In this document: positions 5,456 through 5,714 of the stretch, piece by piece
Numbering within the stretch: the first letter of the stretch is position 1
Layout of the letters: every line of letters begins with the position of its first letter
Virus record (IMG/VR): IMGVR_UViG_3300045988_004603
Coordinates: 1 to 5,714 of that record
Strand: one strand, 5' to 3'
Source of the DNA: a virus
DNA length: 5,714 bases
Program-made: the position numbers and the translations under genes
Notes under the pieces: model-generated
What the model saw: only the letters and a program-made list of their open reading frames with translations
Databases searched by the model: none
Told to the model about the DNA's origin: nothing

Positions 5456-5652
5456 AGAGCATCAAAGAAATGACATGCTGCACACTGACAGTCAGACTGA
5501 GGTATGACACAGCAGCCGAAATCGACGATCTGGCAGAAGAACTGGGATGCAGCGTGCCGGCAACGACACGAAAAGCAATCGAATATGGGTTGAAATATCA
5601 CAAAAACGATATCATCAACGAAGTTATGGAGGATAACAACAATGACTTTTGA
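5452..5652 (+). CDS. 66-aa predicted ribbon-helix-helix (CopG-like) protein (RHH-2)
   Basis: MKSIKEMTCCTLTVRLRYDTAAEIDDLAEELGCSVPATTRKAIEYGLKYHKNDIINEVMEDNNNDF. The layout is a beta-strand TLTVRLR, a helix DTAAEIDDLAEEL, a G-x-S turn (GCS) and a helix VPATTRKAIEYGLKY, which is the RHH signature. A GTG start at 5452 overlaps the upstream stop (CTGTGA) and follows GAGGAGG (5436-5442) by 9 nt. ATG 5470 is an alternative start. The 3' end overlaps the VP5 start by 11 nt. Confidence 0.65.
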   Translation: MKSIKEMTCCTLTVRLRYDTAAEIDDLAEELGCSVPATTRKAIEYGLKYHKNDIINEVMEDNNNDF

Positions 5653-5714
5653 ACTTTATGCAATCAAAGACGAGCTGGCGGGCACCTTCGGAAACATCAT
5701 GGTAATCAATCCGA
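5596..5714. repeat. Terminal direct repeat, copy B (identical to 1-119)
   Basis: See copy A. 5596 minus 1 gives a unit genome length of 5,595 nt. Confidence 0.97.
5642..5714 (+). CDS. VP5: 5' part of VP5 (duplicate of 47-119), truncated by the window end
   Basis: ATG at 5642 equals ATG 47 plus 5,595, and the sequence is identical. Confidence 0.65.
   Translation, partial: MTFELYAIKDELAGTFGNIMVINP

Overview
The window is one complete, circularly permuted genome of a gokushovirus-like member of the Microviridae (ssDNA phage). Bases 1-119 are identical to 5596-5714, so the unit genome is 5,595 nt and the ends are an assembly overlap. All supportable genes lie on the + strand. Most have AGGAGG-type Shine-Dalgarno sites and many overlap start-to-stop (ATGA, TAATG, GTGA). 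In circular order the canonical set is VP5 (47-304), scaffold VP3 (297-770), major capsid VP1 (767-2458), pilot/minor capsid VP2 (2473-3444), HUH rolling-circle initiator VP4 (3827-4930) and a 39-aa basic J/ORF8-like DNA-binding protein (5336-5455, not in the supplied ORF track). The unusual content sits at the gene junctions. (i) A 56-aa predicted ribbon-helix-helix (RHH) protein (3516-3686, not in the track) follows a consensus TTGACA-18-TATAAT promoter and lies directly upstream of the Rep gene. This layout resembles the copG-repB copy-control cassette of pMV158-type rolling-circle plasmids. (ii) A perfect 14-bp GC-clamped hairpin with a 9-nt loop (3764-3800) lies between that RHH gene and the Rep ribosome-binding site. 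(iii) A second predicted RHH protein (5452-5652) is embedded in, and translationally coupled within, the structural operon. (iv) A 298-nt A-rich non-coding region (4931-5228) contains a nested GC-rich hairpin, a textbook intrinsic terminator and a copy of the hairpin-loop 11-mer. No tRNA, CRISPR, integrase or recognisable lysis gene was seen. All fold and function calls rest on motif recognition by eye and need HHpred or structure prediction to confirm.
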